Assembly (NCBI GenBank): GCA_963796635.1 | Contig: CAWCMH010000001.1 | Span: forward strand, 2,660,209 to 2,724,208 | Direction of reading: 5' to 3' | Length of the DNA stretch: 64,000 bases | Source: an uncultured Gemmatimonadales bacterium | GTDB taxonomy: Bacteria; Gemmatimonadota; Gemmatimonadetes; Gemmatimonadales; GWC2-71-9 | In this document: positions 35,839 to 45,209 of the stretch, piece after piece | Layout of the letters: each line of letters opens with the position of its first letter | Position numbering within the stretch: the first letter of the stretch is position 1 | Made by a program: the position numbers and the translations under genes | Notes under the pieces: model-generated | What the model saw: only the letters and a program-made list of their open reading frames with translations | Told to the model about the DNA's origin: nothing | Databases searched by the model: none

Positions 35839-38800
35839 CTATGGCTGATCGACGTAAACGACAGGACCATACCCACTCAAGGAGCCGGCCACCACTACTG
35901 TTCCCGATATGGCTGCGTGAACCGGGGTACCAATTTGACTGCGGATGTCGATGCCTTGGTGTGTCCCGTACACTCCAGTAACGGGGTTCACGCGCGGCCC
36001 AAACGGGGACGTCACGTACTCGTTGCCCGAAATGGGATTCGTTCCGTGAATCCGTTGTAGCTCAATTTGTGGATCGACCGGCGTGCTTTGCCCATTCGCG
36101 AGCGCCGAACCGGCAACATTTATCACGCGTGTCTCGAAATGCAGGTGCGGTCCCGTCGAGCGCTCGCCACCTTCAGCGCCGCCACTCAATCCAATGACGT
36201 CGCCTTGATGAACCCGTTCGCCCTCATGCACGCAGATCTTTGAGAGATGACCGTATCGAGTCTGGACCCGCACGCTGTCATCATCAGGACTGTCTGGACA
36301 CGTCCCCACCGGATCCCGGAAGCTATTGGGATCATTCCCGTTGTACTCGTACAGATTGGTGCCGCCCGCCAGACCCGCGTGATCCTCCTGCAGCCAGCTC
36401 CCCGTGGCCGGATCATACTGCCGCGTCCGGAAGCTGGAGATGGCACTCGTCGTATCCGTCGCCAGCCGGCGCGGGTCGAACGTCTGCGCCCGCTGCGTGA
36501 TCCCGCTGGTCGCCCACGTGCCGCTCGCATACGTCGACGGGTTCTCGTACACATTGTTGTACGTCCCCGCCGAGTCCGCGATCGACACCAGCTGGCCCAT
36601 CCCATCGGACACCAGCGACAATCGGGCCTGCGCCAGCTTCGTGTCGCCCACCCGCTTGATCGCCACCAGCGGTTCGTCGAGCCCGGGGGCGTACACGTAA
36701 AACCACCCCAGCTGCGGCGCCCGGATGGCGTCGTGGCCCAGGAGCGAGAACGGTGCGCCGCCGCAGCCCTGATACATCCGGCCGTCGGGATCGTAGCCGC
36801 AGCTGTTCGGCGCCGTGTTCAAGTTGTGCGTATAGCCCACCATCCGGCCGGCGCCGTCGTACTCGAACCCGTTGACGTTCGTGAACGTGGCGTTGTAGTC
36901 GTCGCGCCGGGCGCCATCGCGATCGTACTCGTAATACAGCGACGACGTGCCCGCACCGACCAGCGTCGTGCGCGTCGAGTCGACGCGGTTGCTCGCCGCC
37001 GGATAGAACAGCGTCGTCAGCGTCGTGGCGAGTCCGTGACTGTTGTCGCCCGTGCGGTCGCCCGAGGCGTTGTAGCTGAAGGTGTCGGTCGTGGTGACGC
37101 CCGCCCGATTCATCAGCGCCTGCACGGCGATGCCGCCGGTGCGATAGTAGCGCGTCGTCGCCTCCGCGGGCATCCAGTCCCCGCAAGGATCGCCGGGGTC
37201 GCCGCCACCGTAGCTGCCTGCGCCAGTGCAATCCATCCATTGGTGCAGGACGCGGCCCATCACATCGACGCTGTCCTGCTTCAGGGCAAAGATGAACCGG
37301 TTGGGCGTGACACCCGAGGTGTTCGTCGACGACAGCTTGCGCAAGGTACCGAGACGGTCGTAGTGCGAGGTCACCGTCATGCCGTCGTACGGGTAGATGA
37401 TTTCGCGCCGACGCCCCAGTGTGTCCCAGAGAAATCGATACACTTCGCTGCGGGACCCTGCGCTCGTCGGCCACTGAGCCGCCAGGGTGTCCAGGTCACC
37501 CGTGCTGTAGTAGCTGTACGCAACGGACTCGCCGGCGCCCCACAACAGGGAATCCAGCTGGCCTTTGGCATTGTACGCCATACGCACCGAGTCGGTCACC
37601 AGCGGAGCCTCGGCGGGGAGATAGGTCGAATCGGGATAATCCGCCTCGGTGTGAATGGTGCCGTCGCTGAAGTAGGTACGCACGATCCGCCCGTGACGGT
37701 TCCGGTGTGTCAACAGATTGCCCACGATGTCGTACGTGCTCGTCACCGTGTCGGGCGGTGCGGTCAACAGTTCACCGCCGGTCGAGACGGTGTCGAACGG
37801 CATGGTCCACCGAGTCAATCGTCCAAGCGAATCGTAACGGAAGGTCAGCGTGTCGCCGAGGCGGGTCTTGCGCCACACCAACTGCCCCGTCGAGTCGTAG
37901 GTAAGCCGTTCGGCCTGCCCCGCTTCATCGGTGTCGGCGATCATCAAGCCACGCTGGTCGTAGCCGAAGCGCTGGGTGACACTGCGATAGTCCAGGACCC
38001 TGGTCAGGCGGCCCAACGTGAATTGGCGGTGAATCTGGATCGGGTGCGTGGTCAGATCATTCAGTATGGTTGGCGAGCACACGAATTCGTTGCCGAGACA
38101 GGCCGCACTGGTCGAATCGATGGTCCCATTGGCGATATCCAGCGTGTCGCGATCCATCGGGTCGTAGAAGTACGTCATCCGGAAATGCAGCGGATTGGTG
38201 ACACCCGTCACGCGACCGGCGCCGTCGCGATAGAAGAGCGTCGCACCACCAGCCGGGTTGTTGACGCGGGCGGAATTGCCGAGCGCATCGTAGCTGACGG
38301 TGGTGACCTGGTTGGTCGTGCTGTCGGCGGAAAGGCTCTGGATCCAGGTCGGCACCGACAGTTCGGTGACGCTGGTGAGCTGGCCCTCAAGCGTTCCACT
38401 GGTGTTGTAGGCATACCTGGTCGCATGCCCGCGCGGATCGAGGATCGAGTCGGTGAGCCCCATCGTGTTGTAGTGAAACTGCGTCACGGTCCCATCGGGC
38501 GCCGTGACCTGGCTCGGCGAGTCGTAGTCGTTGGCGTCGCCATAGACCCACGTGGTCACCTGCTTGGGGAACGCGCTGGTTCCCCACGCACTGTCGGTAA
38601 GCTGCGTCAGATTGCCGCGGGCATCGTATTGCATGAAGGCCTTGCGGCTGTTCGGATAATCGATCTCGCTCACCAACCCCGGTGCGTTGGCCGAGCCGCG
38701 CACATAGCTGGTGACGGTCCCGTAGGCATTCTTCTCCACAATCGGTGCGCCCCACCGGTCGACATGGAACACCGACACATGACCGCTGTTCGCCGGCGGA

Positions 38801-40626
38801 CCGTCGATCGTCGTCACCGCGTTCGCCGTGTCCGACGCACTGTAGCTGCCGCCGCCCGGCAGGCCGAATCCCGCCGCCTGCCATGCGGTGTAATTCGTGA
38901 CCGATGTCGCCGCCGCGCCATTCGACGTGTAGTACACGATCGACTGATCCACCAGCGCATCGGTGCCGTACGCCACCGCCACGGAGTCCTGCCCGCTGTA
39001 GGTCGACATCGCCAGGCGCCGGTCACCGTTGTAGGCAAAATGCATCTTCGTGCCGTCGGGCCAGACCCAGCTGGTCAACTCCGGCGTGCCGCTTACCGTG
39101 ACGGTCGTGTCGACGATGTTGCGCCCGTCGAGCCGCACTCCACTCAGCCGCCCGCTGGCATACTGCACCTTGAATGCCTTGCCGCTGCCACTGGGCGGCA
39201 ATAGCACGCTGTCCAGCTGGGTCGCGCTCGACCACGCAAAGGTCGTGATCTGTCCGGCTCGGTTCCTGGTCTGCACGTGCCGGCCCGTATTGTCGAACAG
39301 CACTTGCACCCCGTGCCGCGTCGTCAGGGTGTACTGGCTGCTCGCGTACGCGATGCTGTCCTGCCCATCGTCGGCTGCCGACATCCACTTGTTGCTCCCA
39401 TCGGCCCGGTAGAAACGTGTCGATCCGTCCCCGTCGACCCACAGAATGCCGGTCCCCGTGCCGGCGGGCTGGCTCAGCACCAGCCGCTCGACGCCAAGCC
39501 ATTCGAACCCGGCGCCGTAGGGACTCTGGTTGCGGTTGACGACCGTGCTGAGCCCGCTGATGCTGGCCGACACCGAATCACCGGACGACGCCGCATACAC
39601 CGTCAGCGTATATGGGTAGATCCCCGTCGCGGTGTTCACCGCGTTCCAGCTCAGTGCAATCTGCCGCGTGGCGTTCTTCCAGCCACCGTACTGCACAGTG
39701 GTTCGCACCGTGTCGTTCACGGTGAGCACCGCCGTGAGGTGATCCGGCACGGGGCCGAGCGGCATGCGGATGTTGGCCGTGATGACCGGCGCCGGCGCCG
39801 CGGTGTTCGACGCATACACGAGCGTCATGCTGCGATCGCGGTCCAGCGTGGTGTAACCGGGTGTCTCGAGGAAATACATCGCGTCGCCGCAGGACCAGGT
39901 GAGCGGACCGCGGCTCGTGGTGAGACAATGGCCACGATTGAAAACGGAATCGTTCTGCTGCGGTTGCGACAACACGGGCGTCGACGGCCCGGTGAATGTC
40001 ATCGCGTACCAGCCGGAGTCGCTGACCACGCCGTCGGTGGCGAAGAGCGAGATCGTGCCGGTGCCGCTCGACGCCGCGGGATAGTTGATGTCGATGTCGA
40101 CCTGCTCGTTGGGATCGAGCGAGACTTCTTCGATGTCGCTGCTGCACGACGGCACCACGCCGGAAACGTGGCAGCTGAGCGTGAACGTCCGCGTGGATGT
40201 CGTCGTGTTCTTGACGAAAAACGTCACGTCGCCGGCGGACCCGGCCCCGGCCGCGAGCGCGCTGTCATCGGGCGTGACGACCACCCATCCGATGATGAGT
40301 GGCCGCGCGGAGCCCTGGTTCGTGACGGGATTCTGCGCGCGCCCCGGCAACGGCAGGAGGGTGACGGCCGCGAAACCGGCGCACAGCGCGCCGGCTCCGA
40401 GCCGCAGGCGGGAACCCCCCGCAGCCACCGGACCGTCGGGGCGCATCGTGGATGCATCCCCGTTCCGATTCGGTCGAGCCGGCCACGGGTGGAGGGTCCG
40501 GTCGTCCAGGGGAGACAACCGGGGGAGCAGCGTCCGGTCCGGGACGGACCGGGGTGGGTGGTGGAGCGCCGCCGCCCAGCGGGCGGCGGTATCACGGGCG
40601 CGAAGCGCCAGTCCTCGGAAGTTCAT
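35839..40626 (-). CDS. RHS/YD-repeat polymorphic toxin with Sec-type signal peptide and M23-peptidase-like (permuted) C-terminal domain
   Basis: Many YD repeats ([40 protein letters not shown]). Core tip ...[16 protein letters not shown]. Signal-like [26 protein letters not shown] after the internal ATG at 40446, an alternative start. The C-terminal 150 aa carry M23 motifs. Confidence 0.9.
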   Translation of the reverse strand: MNFRGLALRARDTAARWAAALHHPPRSVPDRTLLPRLSPLDDRTLHPWPARPNRNGDASTMRPDGPVAAGGSRLRLGAGALCAGFAAVTLLPLPGRAQNPVTNQGSARPLIIGWVVVTPDDSALAAGAGSAGDVTFFVKNTTTSTRTFTLSCHVSGVVPSCSSDIEEVSLDPNEQVDIDINYPAASSGTGTISLFATDGVVSDSGWYAMTFTGPSTPVLSQPQQNDSVFNRGHCLTTSRGPLTWSCGDAMYFLETPGYTTLDRDRSMTLVYASNTAAPAPVITANIRMPLGPVPDHLTAVLTVNDTVRTTVQYGGWKNATRQIALSWNAVNTATGIYPYTLTVYAASSGDSVSASISGLSTVVNRNQSPYGAGFEWLGVERLVLSQPAGTGTGILWVDGDGSTRFYRADGSNKWMSAADDGQDSIAYASSQYTLTTRHGVQVLFDNTGRHVQTRNRAGQITTFAWSSATQLDSVLLPPSGSGKAFKVQYASGRLSGVRLDGRNIVDTTVTVSGTPELTSWVWPDGTKMHFAYNGDRRLAMSTYSGQDSVAVAYGTDALVDQSIVYYTSNGAAATSVTNYTAWQAAGFGLPGGGSYSASDTANAVTTIDGPPANSGHVSVFHVDRWGAPIVEKNAYGTVTSYVRGSANAPGLVSEIDYPNSRKAFMQYDARGNLTQLTDSAWGTSAFPKQVTTWVYGDANDYDSPSQVTAPDGTVTQFHYNTMGLTDSILDPRGHATRYAYNTSGTLEGQLTSVTELSVPTWIQSLSADSTTNQVTTVSYDALGNSARVNNPAGGATLFYRDGAGRVTGVTNPLHFRMTYFYDPMDRDTLDIANGTIDSTSAACLGNEFVCSPTILNDLTTHPIQIHRQFTLGRLTRVLDYRSVTQRFGYDQRGLMIADTDEAGQAERLTYDSTGQLVWRKTRLGDTLTFRYDSLGRLTRWTMPFDTVSTGGELLTAPPDTVTSTYDIVGNLLTHRNRHGRIVRTYFSDGTIHTEADYPDSTYLPAEAPLVTDSVRMAYNAKGQLDSLLWGAGESVAYSYYSTGDLDTLAAQWPTSAGSRSEVYRFLWDTLGRRREIIYPYDGMTVTSHYDRLGTLRKLSSTNTSGVTPNRFIFALKQDSVDVMGRVLHQWMDCTGAGSYGGGDPGDPCGDWMPAEATTRYYRTGGIAVQALMNRAGVTTTDTFSYNASGDRTGDNSHGLATTLTTLFYPAASNRVDSTRTTLVGAGTSSLYYEYDRDGARRDDYNATFTNVNGFEYDGAGRMVGYTHNLNTAPNSCGYDPDGRMYQGCGGAPFSLLGHDAIRAPQLGWFYVYAPGLDEPLVAIKRVGDTKLAQARLSLVSDGMGQLVSIADSAGTYNNVYENPSTYASGTWATSGITQRAQTFDPRRLATDTTSAISSFRTRQYDPATGSWLQEDHAGLAGGTNLYEYNGNDPNSFRDPVGTCPDSPDDDSVRVQTRYGHLSKICVHEGERVHQGDVIGLSGGAEGGERSTGPHLHFETRVINVAGSALANGQSTPVDPQIELQRIHGTNPISGNEYVTSPFGPRVNPVTGVYGTHQGIDIRSQIGTPVHAAISGTVVVAGSLSGYGPVVYVDQP
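36304..36967. repeat. rhs core-tip segment of the full-length gene shared with both orphans
   Basis: Near-identical to 30774-31437 over its full length and to 33272-33658 over its first 387 bp, all in direct orientation. Confidence 0.9.
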
Positions 40627-40925
40627 TTTGCAACCTCGGCGTATGGGGGATACCGAAGAAACACCGTAACCCCACGATACTGCGAGTTTTTTCCGGCGTC
40701 AAGGGGCGCCGGAAAACGCGGGATCGACCGGACTTTTTCGCGAGCGAGTCCACGGAAGTGCCGTCGTGAGCGCGGTCGCGCGTGGCCGCGCGTGGGTGAG
40801 ATTCCTCGACGCAGCGCACTGCGTATGCGGCGTTCGGTTTGACAAGCGAGAAGGGGATTTCCGCGCGGAGTCGGACAGCGACCTGGCGGTCGCCGAGCCG
40901 CCACTTCAGTGGCGGGCGACCCGCG

Positions 40926-42656
40926 CTACCGTTTCTTCTTCACCACCACCGGGGTCGCAGCGCCCGCCGTAACCGGCTGCAGTTTCGCGCGCTCCTTCAT
41001 CACCAGCCACTGCTGCGGAATCGACGTGATGTTCTGCACGGCGTAGTACAGGTTGAGCCCCGCGGCAAAGCGCGCGAAGAAGATCAGCATCATCGCCGGC
41101 ATCATGTAGGTCATCATCTTGGTCTGCGGATTGGGCGGCAGCCCCATCTGGCCGATCTTCGACACCACCAGCATCGACGCCGCCATCACCACCGGAATGA
41201 TGTACAGCGGATCGGCCCGCGCGAGATCCGGCATCCAGAGAAACGTCACGCCGCGCACTTCGATGGTGTACGCCAGCACGAAGAACACCGCAACCAGCAC
41301 CGGATACGGCAGCAGCATCGGCCAGCAGCCGCCCAGCGGATTGACCTTGTTTTCCTTGTAGATCTTGAACGTTTCCTGCTGCAGTTGCTGCGGGTTGTCC
41401 TTGTACCGGGCCTGCAGCGCGGTGAGCTGCGGCTGGATCGCCTGCATCCTTGCCATCGACCGCATCGCGATCCGGCTCAACGGCCACAGCAGGATCCGCA
41501 CGATCAACCCGAACAGCACGATCACCAGGCCGTAGCCCAGGCCGAGTGCCGTGTGCATCCAGACGAAGATGGCGCGGATGTAGACCGCAATCGGCCGGAT
41601 CATCCAGCGCAGCCACGCCCAGCCGTAGGGATTGACGTCGTCGAACCCATGTCCCATATGGCTCAGCCGGTCGTATTCCATCGGGCCCAGGTACATGGTC
41701 CAGTGGAAATTGCCGGCCGACGTGACCGCCAGCGACGCCGCCACATGCGCGCGCGTGGGCTTGCTCTGCGTGTCGGCGGCAAACGCCTGCACCCCGCCGA
41801 TGTCGCCCCGCGTGCCCTGCGCCGTCGAGTCGTAGGCGAACAGCCCGGCCACGAAATACTTGGACTTGACCGCCGCCCACTCGAACGGCCCGCTCAAGGT
41901 CGTGGCGATCCGGGGCTTGAGGCTGCGGAACAACGTGACGCTGGTCTTGTCCAGCTTGGTCACCACGCCACTGTAATTCCAGTCATCGGCGGGTGTCCAC
42001 TCGGTCGCGCGGAAGCCGTCGCCCAGGTTGACCAGCAGCGTCCCGCCGGCCGGACCCAGGCCGCCGACGTGGCCAGTGACACCGATGCGATAGTCGGTAT
42101 TCGAGAAGGTGTAGGTGAGGTCGACCGTGTAACCGCCCGACTGGCCATGCAGCGTCAACGTGGCCGGCGCATGGACGGCGCTCAACGAATCCGCGCTCGC
42201 GGTGAAATGCATCCGCGACAGTTGCAGCGAGTCGCTGCCGGTCACCAGCGTGCCGCCGAGGAGGCCGTCTCCCGGCGGCAGTAGATGGAGCGTGTCGCGG
42301 TGGTCGGCCTCGGCGAGCGATTGATAGTTCAGGAACCAGCTCGAGATGATCTGACCGCCGCGCGTCGACACGCCATAGCGATACAGCGACGACCGGATCA
42401 CCACCGTGTCGGCCGGCCCGGCGTCGCGGCTGGTATCGGTCACCATTGCGGTCGGGGTCGGCGGGAGTGCGCGCGTCGAGTCGGGCGCCGCAGCCGCCCC
42501 GGCGGGCGATGTCCCGGTCGTGTCGCGCAACCCGGCGCTATCGGCCGCCGCCGCAGCGGCGGTCTGCCGCAGCGCAGCGCGTTTCATGAAGATCGTCGGC
42601 ACCACGGCGATCAGTACGATGGCGGCGAGCGCCAGCATCAGGCGGCGGTCGTTCAT
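40926..42656 (-). CDS. yidC: Membrane protein insertase YidC
   Basis: Large periplasmic domain followed by the conserved WGWAWLRWMIRP...LWPL...MQAIQP....KYKDNPQ...E..K.YKE..VNPLGGC.P.LLQ.P core. Synteny with yidD-rnpA-rpmH. Confidence 0.9.
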   Translation of the reverse strand: MNDRRLMLALAAIVLIAVVPTIFMKRAALRQTAAAAAADSAGLRDTTGTSPAGAAAAPDSTRALPPTPTAMVTDTSRDAGPADTVVIRSSLYRYGVSTRGGQIISSWFLNYQSLAEADHRDTLHLLPPGDGLLGGTLVTGSDSLQLSRMHFTASADSLSAVHAPATLTLHGQSGGYTVDLTYTFSNTDYRIGVTGHVGGLGPAGGTLLVNLGDGFRATEWTPADDWNYSGVVTKLDKTSVTLFRSLKPRIATTLSGPFEWAAVKSKYFVAGLFAYDSTAQGTRGDIGGVQAFAADTQSKPTRAHVAASLAVTSAGNFHWTMYLGPMEYDRLSHMGHGFDDVNPYGWAWLRWMIRPIAVYIRAIFVWMHTALGLGYGLVIVLFGLIVRILLWPLSRIAMRSMARMQAIQPQLTALQARYKDNPQQLQQETFKIYKENKVNPLGGCWPMLLPYPVLVAVFFVLAYTIEVRGVTFLWMPDLARADPLYIIPVVMAASMLVVSKIGQMGLPPNPQTKMMTYMMPAMMLIFFARFAAGLNLYYAVQNITSIPQQWLVMKERAKLQPVTAGAATPVVVKKKR

Positions 42657-42671
42657 CGGTCGCTCATGCGT

Positions 42672-42902
42672 TCAAGGTACCGGATCATAGCCACCTGGAT
42701 TCCAGGGGTGGCACCGCGCCAGCCGGCGGGCGGCCAGCCAGGTGCCGCGCACCGCGCCATGACGCCGCACGGCGTCGAGCGCGTACTGCGAGCACGACGG
42801 CGTGAACCGGCACGACGGCGGCAGCATCGGCGAGATCACCAGTTGGTAGCCGCGGATCAGGCCCGCCAGCAGCGCCGACGGAAGCCGGCTCAGTCGTCGC
42901 AT
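42672..42902 (-). CDS. yidD: Membrane protein insertion efficiency factor YidD
   Basis: [35 protein letters not shown]...[16 protein letters not shown] is the YidD signature. Confidence 0.9.
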   Translation of the reverse strand: MRRLSRLPSALLAGLIRGYQLVISPMLPPSCRFTPSCSQYALDAVRRHGAVRGTWLAARRLARCHPWNPGGYDPVP

Positions 42903-42908
42903 GCCGAT

Positions 42909-43238
42909 TCACCCCGCCCGCGCCCCGCGCCACGCGTGCAGATCCTGACGCAGCTCGTCGAAGGTTCGCTGGTACGTGACACTCCGGGCGCGCAACACCA
43001 CGTCCCAGGCCGGCATGCTCGCCTGGAGCTCGCGCCGCCAGAGCTCCTTGAGCCGGCGCCGCAACTGGTTGCGTTCGACGGCGGTGTGCCGGAACCGGGG
43101 CACGATCACACCCAGCCGCGGGTGGCCCGCGACGCTGTCGGCCCAGAAAATGTCGAGATGAGTCTCGCGGGAACTACGACCGGACGTGAGCACGCGGCGC
43201 AGATCGGCAGCGCGAACCAACCGGCGCGAGCGCGGCAA
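42909..43238 (-). CDS. rnpA: Ribonuclease P protein component
   Basis: LPRSRRLVRAADLRRVL...RLGVIVPRF.HTAVERNQLRRRLKE. Start assigned to the in-frame TTG at 43238 just after the rpmH stop (uncertain). Confidence 0.8.
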   Translation of the reverse strand: MPRSRRLVRAADLRRVLTSGRSSRETHLDIFWADSVAGHPRLGVIVPRFRHTAVERNQLRRRLKELWRRELQASMPAWDVVLRARSVTYQRTFDELRQDLHAWRGARAG

Positions 43239-43252
43239 GCGCTCGGCGCCGG

Positions 43253-43411
43253 TCAGACGCGGGCGTGCTTGGAACCGATGGACACCGTCAGCCGCTTCCG
43301 CCCCTTCTTGCGGCGACGCGACAAGACGGCCCGACCCCAACGGTCGGCCATCCGCGTCCGGAATCCGTGCTTGGCAATCCGGCGCTTGTTCCGCGGTCGG
43401 TATGTCGGCAT
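43253..43411 (-). CDS. rpmH: 50S ribosomal protein L34
   Basis: Not in the ORF track (52 aa). My translation is [52 protein letters not shown], matching the L34 consensus (..HGFR.RM....GR.VL..RR.KGRK.L). Confidence 0.85.
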   Translation of the reverse strand: MPTYRPRNKRRIAKHGFRTRMADRWGRAVLSRRRKKGRKRLTVSIGSKHARV

Positions 43412-43477
43412 CATCGCGGTTAACTCCCTCCTGAAGAGCCGGGCAAGCTACCGGGCTGCGCCCGGAAAGGTCAAGGT

Positions 43478-43506
43478 TTGACTTTTCCACATGCGGACCG
43501 TAGAAT
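43478..43506 (+). promoter_or_regulatory. Candidate dnaA promoter with embedded DnaA box
   Basis: TTGACT (43478-43483), 17-nt spacer, TAGAAT (43501-43506). The spacer contains TTTTCCACA (43483-43491), 8/9 match to the TTATCCACA DnaA box. 48 nt upstream of the dnaA ATG. Confidence 0.55.
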
Positions 43507-43553
43507 CGGCCTCCCGAAATCACCGCGTTCCCTGCTCCCAAGAAATCGCCACG

Positions 43554-44942
43554 ATGCCGCTGTCAGCCAAAGATCTCTGGAAGCGCGTTCTCGATGGCGC
43601 CAAGCGCGACATCCCCGAGGCGATGATCCAGACCTGGCTGGCGAGCAACGAAGCTGTTTCGTTCGAAGGCGGCACCCTCGTCGTCACCACGCCGGATGAT
43701 TTTGCCAAGCGCTGGAACGAGGAAAAATACGGCGGTGCACTGACGTCTGCTGCCACCGAAGCGGCCGGCGAAACCGTCACCGTGGCGTTCCGCGTCGCGG
43801 CCGATCGGCAGAAGCGGCCGCAGATGGATCTGTTCGTCCCGGCGGCACCGATGGAAGCGCCCACGACGCCGCTGGTACCGGTCAACCCCAGCGCGCAGCC
43901 GCTCAATCCGCGGTATGCCTTCAATGCGTTCGTCATCGGCAAGTCGAACGAGCTCGCCGCCGCGGCCGCGCACGCCGTCGCCGAAGCGCCCGGTCGCCAG
44001 TACAATCCGTTTTTCATCTACGGCCCGACCGGCCTCGGCAAGACCCACCTGATGCAGGCGATCGCGCACGAGGTGGTCTTCAAGGCGCCCCTCACCCGGG
44101 TGCTCTACGTCGGCGCCGAACAGTTCATCAACGAGGTCATCGAGGGAATCCACTCGCGCACCATGGCCGACCTGCGCCGGCGCTATCGCACCGACGTCGA
44201 TCTCTTCCTGGTCGACGACGTGCACTTTCTCGAAGGCAAGGAAGCGACGCAGGAAGAGTTCTTTCACACCTTCAACGCGCTGTATGAGGCCGGCAAGCAG
44301 ATCGTCCTGACATCGGACCGCCAGCCCAAGGAGATCCCCGGCCTCGAAGCCCGGCTGGTGTCGCGCTTCGAATGGGGCATGGTGGCCGACGTCAAGCAGC
44401 CCGACCTCGAGCACCGGATCGCCATCCTGCGCAAGAAGCAGGAGCAGGATCACCTCGAAACCACGATGCCCGACGACGTGCTGCGTTTTATTGCCGAGAA
44501 CGTGCGTTCGAATGTGCGAGAGCTCGAGGGCTGCATCATCAAGTTGCTGCTCTACGCGTCGCTGCGGCACCGCGAGATCTCGATCGACCTCGCCCGCGAG
44601 GCGCTGGCCGACCGGATCCGACCGGGCGATGACGGCGACGCCAAGGGGCACACGCTCCCGTCGATCGAGAAGGTGCAGGAAGTCGTGGCCCGTCGCTGGG
44701 GTGTCACGCCCGAGGGGCTGCGCTCCAAGGCGCGGATCAAGACGCTGACGGTGCCGCGCCAGATCGCCATGTTTCTCGCGCGCGAACTGTTGCAGATGCA
44801 ACTGGTCGAGATCGGCCAGGCGTTCGGCGGGCGCGATCATTCGACAGTAATTCACAGCGTCGACAAGGTGCAGACGCAGCTCGGCCGCGACCGCCAGTTC
44901 CGCGAGCGGGTGGAATCGGCCCGCGCGGAGCTCCTCACGTGA
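43554..44942 (+). CDS. dnaA: Chromosomal replication initiator protein DnaA
   Basis: NPFFIYGPTGLGKTHL (Walker A), LFLVDDVHFL (Walker B), SNVRELEG, and the C-terminal DNA-binding region PRQIAMFLARELL..IGQAFGGRDHSTVIH. Confidence 0.92.
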   Translation: MPLSAKDLWKRVLDGAKRDIPEAMIQTWLASNEAVSFEGGTLVVTTPDDFAKRWNEEKYGGALTSAATEAAGETVTVAFRVAADRQKRPQMDLFVPAAPMEAPTTPLVPVNPSAQPLNPRYAFNAFVIGKSNELAAAAAHAVAEAPGRQYNPFFIYGPTGLGKTHLMQAIAHEVVFKAPLTRVLYVGAEQFINEVIEGIHSRTMADLRRRYRTDVDLFLVDDVHFLEGKEATQEEFFHTFNALYEAGKQIVLTSDRQPKEIPGLEARLVSRFEWGMVADVKQPDLEHRIAILRKKQEQDHLETTMPDDVLRFIAENVRSNVRELEGCIIKLLLYASLRHREISIDLAREALADRIRPGDDGDAKGHTLPSIEKVQEVVARRWGVTPEGLRSKARIKTLTVPRQIAMFLARELLQMQLVEIGQAFGGRDHSTVIHSVDKVQTQLGRDRQFRERVESARAELLT

Positions 44943-44958
44943 CGCGGGTCCCCGTCGG

Positions 44959-44979
44959 GGGCGCATCGATGATGCGCCC
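44959..44979. terminator. Conserved-sequence hairpin downstream of dnaA
   Basis: gggcgcatc-gat-gatgcgccc, a 9-bp stem with no U tract. The same motif recurs at 48448, 51409 and 51458. Confidence 0.45.
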
Positions 44980-44984
44980 GGCAT

Positions 44985-45209
44985 GTGCAGGTTGTGGATC
45001 GCGATGACGTGGACGCCGTGGGTGAATGCGGAAAGCGGTGGGTAACCGGCGGCACCGTCCCCATCATCCACGGAGAGTTCACAGCGACCGCGGGCCGCAT
45101 GCCGGTGCCGTCACGCGGGTTAGCCAGCGGGTCCACATGTGCGGGCCCTCTACTACTGCTACTAGAATCAGTTAACTGGTAATGCAGGTAGTTTTTACAG
45201 CAACCTGGG
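44985..45209. other. Candidate oriC (DnaA-box-like sites plus A/T-rich unwinding element)
   Basis: TGTGGATcg (44993-45001, reverse complement cgATCCACA), TCATCCACg (45064-45072), ggGTCCACA (about 45130-45138), then the locally A/T-rich tactactgctactagaatcagttaactggtaatgcaggtagtttttac (about 45150-45198) just before dnaN. Confidence 0.5.

Noticed and set aside
36247-39204. 985-aa plus-strand ORF
   Set aside because: It lies entirely antisense to the YD-repeat RHS gene, whose repeats and core motifs are unambiguous. The composition is Arg/Val/His-rich nonsense.
28890-40626. Integrase, transposase or prophage origin of the rhs island
   Set aside because: Reading all six frames, I recognised no tyrosine or serine recombinase, DDE transposase or phage structural motifs. 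The only repeated non-toxin genes are the two unknown module genes.
40689-40717. Hairpin ttttccggcg-tcaagggg-cgccggaaaa as an intrinsic terminator for yidC
   Set aside because: On the minus-strand transcript the stem is followed by an A run, not a U run. On the plus strand no gene ends nearby. It is left unannotated.
40839-42284. 481-aa plus-strand ORF, plus similar antisense ORFs at 45195-46499, 59604-61388, 17348-18910, 20952-23462, 27861-29255 and 43563-45071
   Set aside because: Each is antisense to a confidently recognised gene (yidC, dnaN, BNR protein, araB, GH2, reductase, dnaA) and has shadow-ORF composition.
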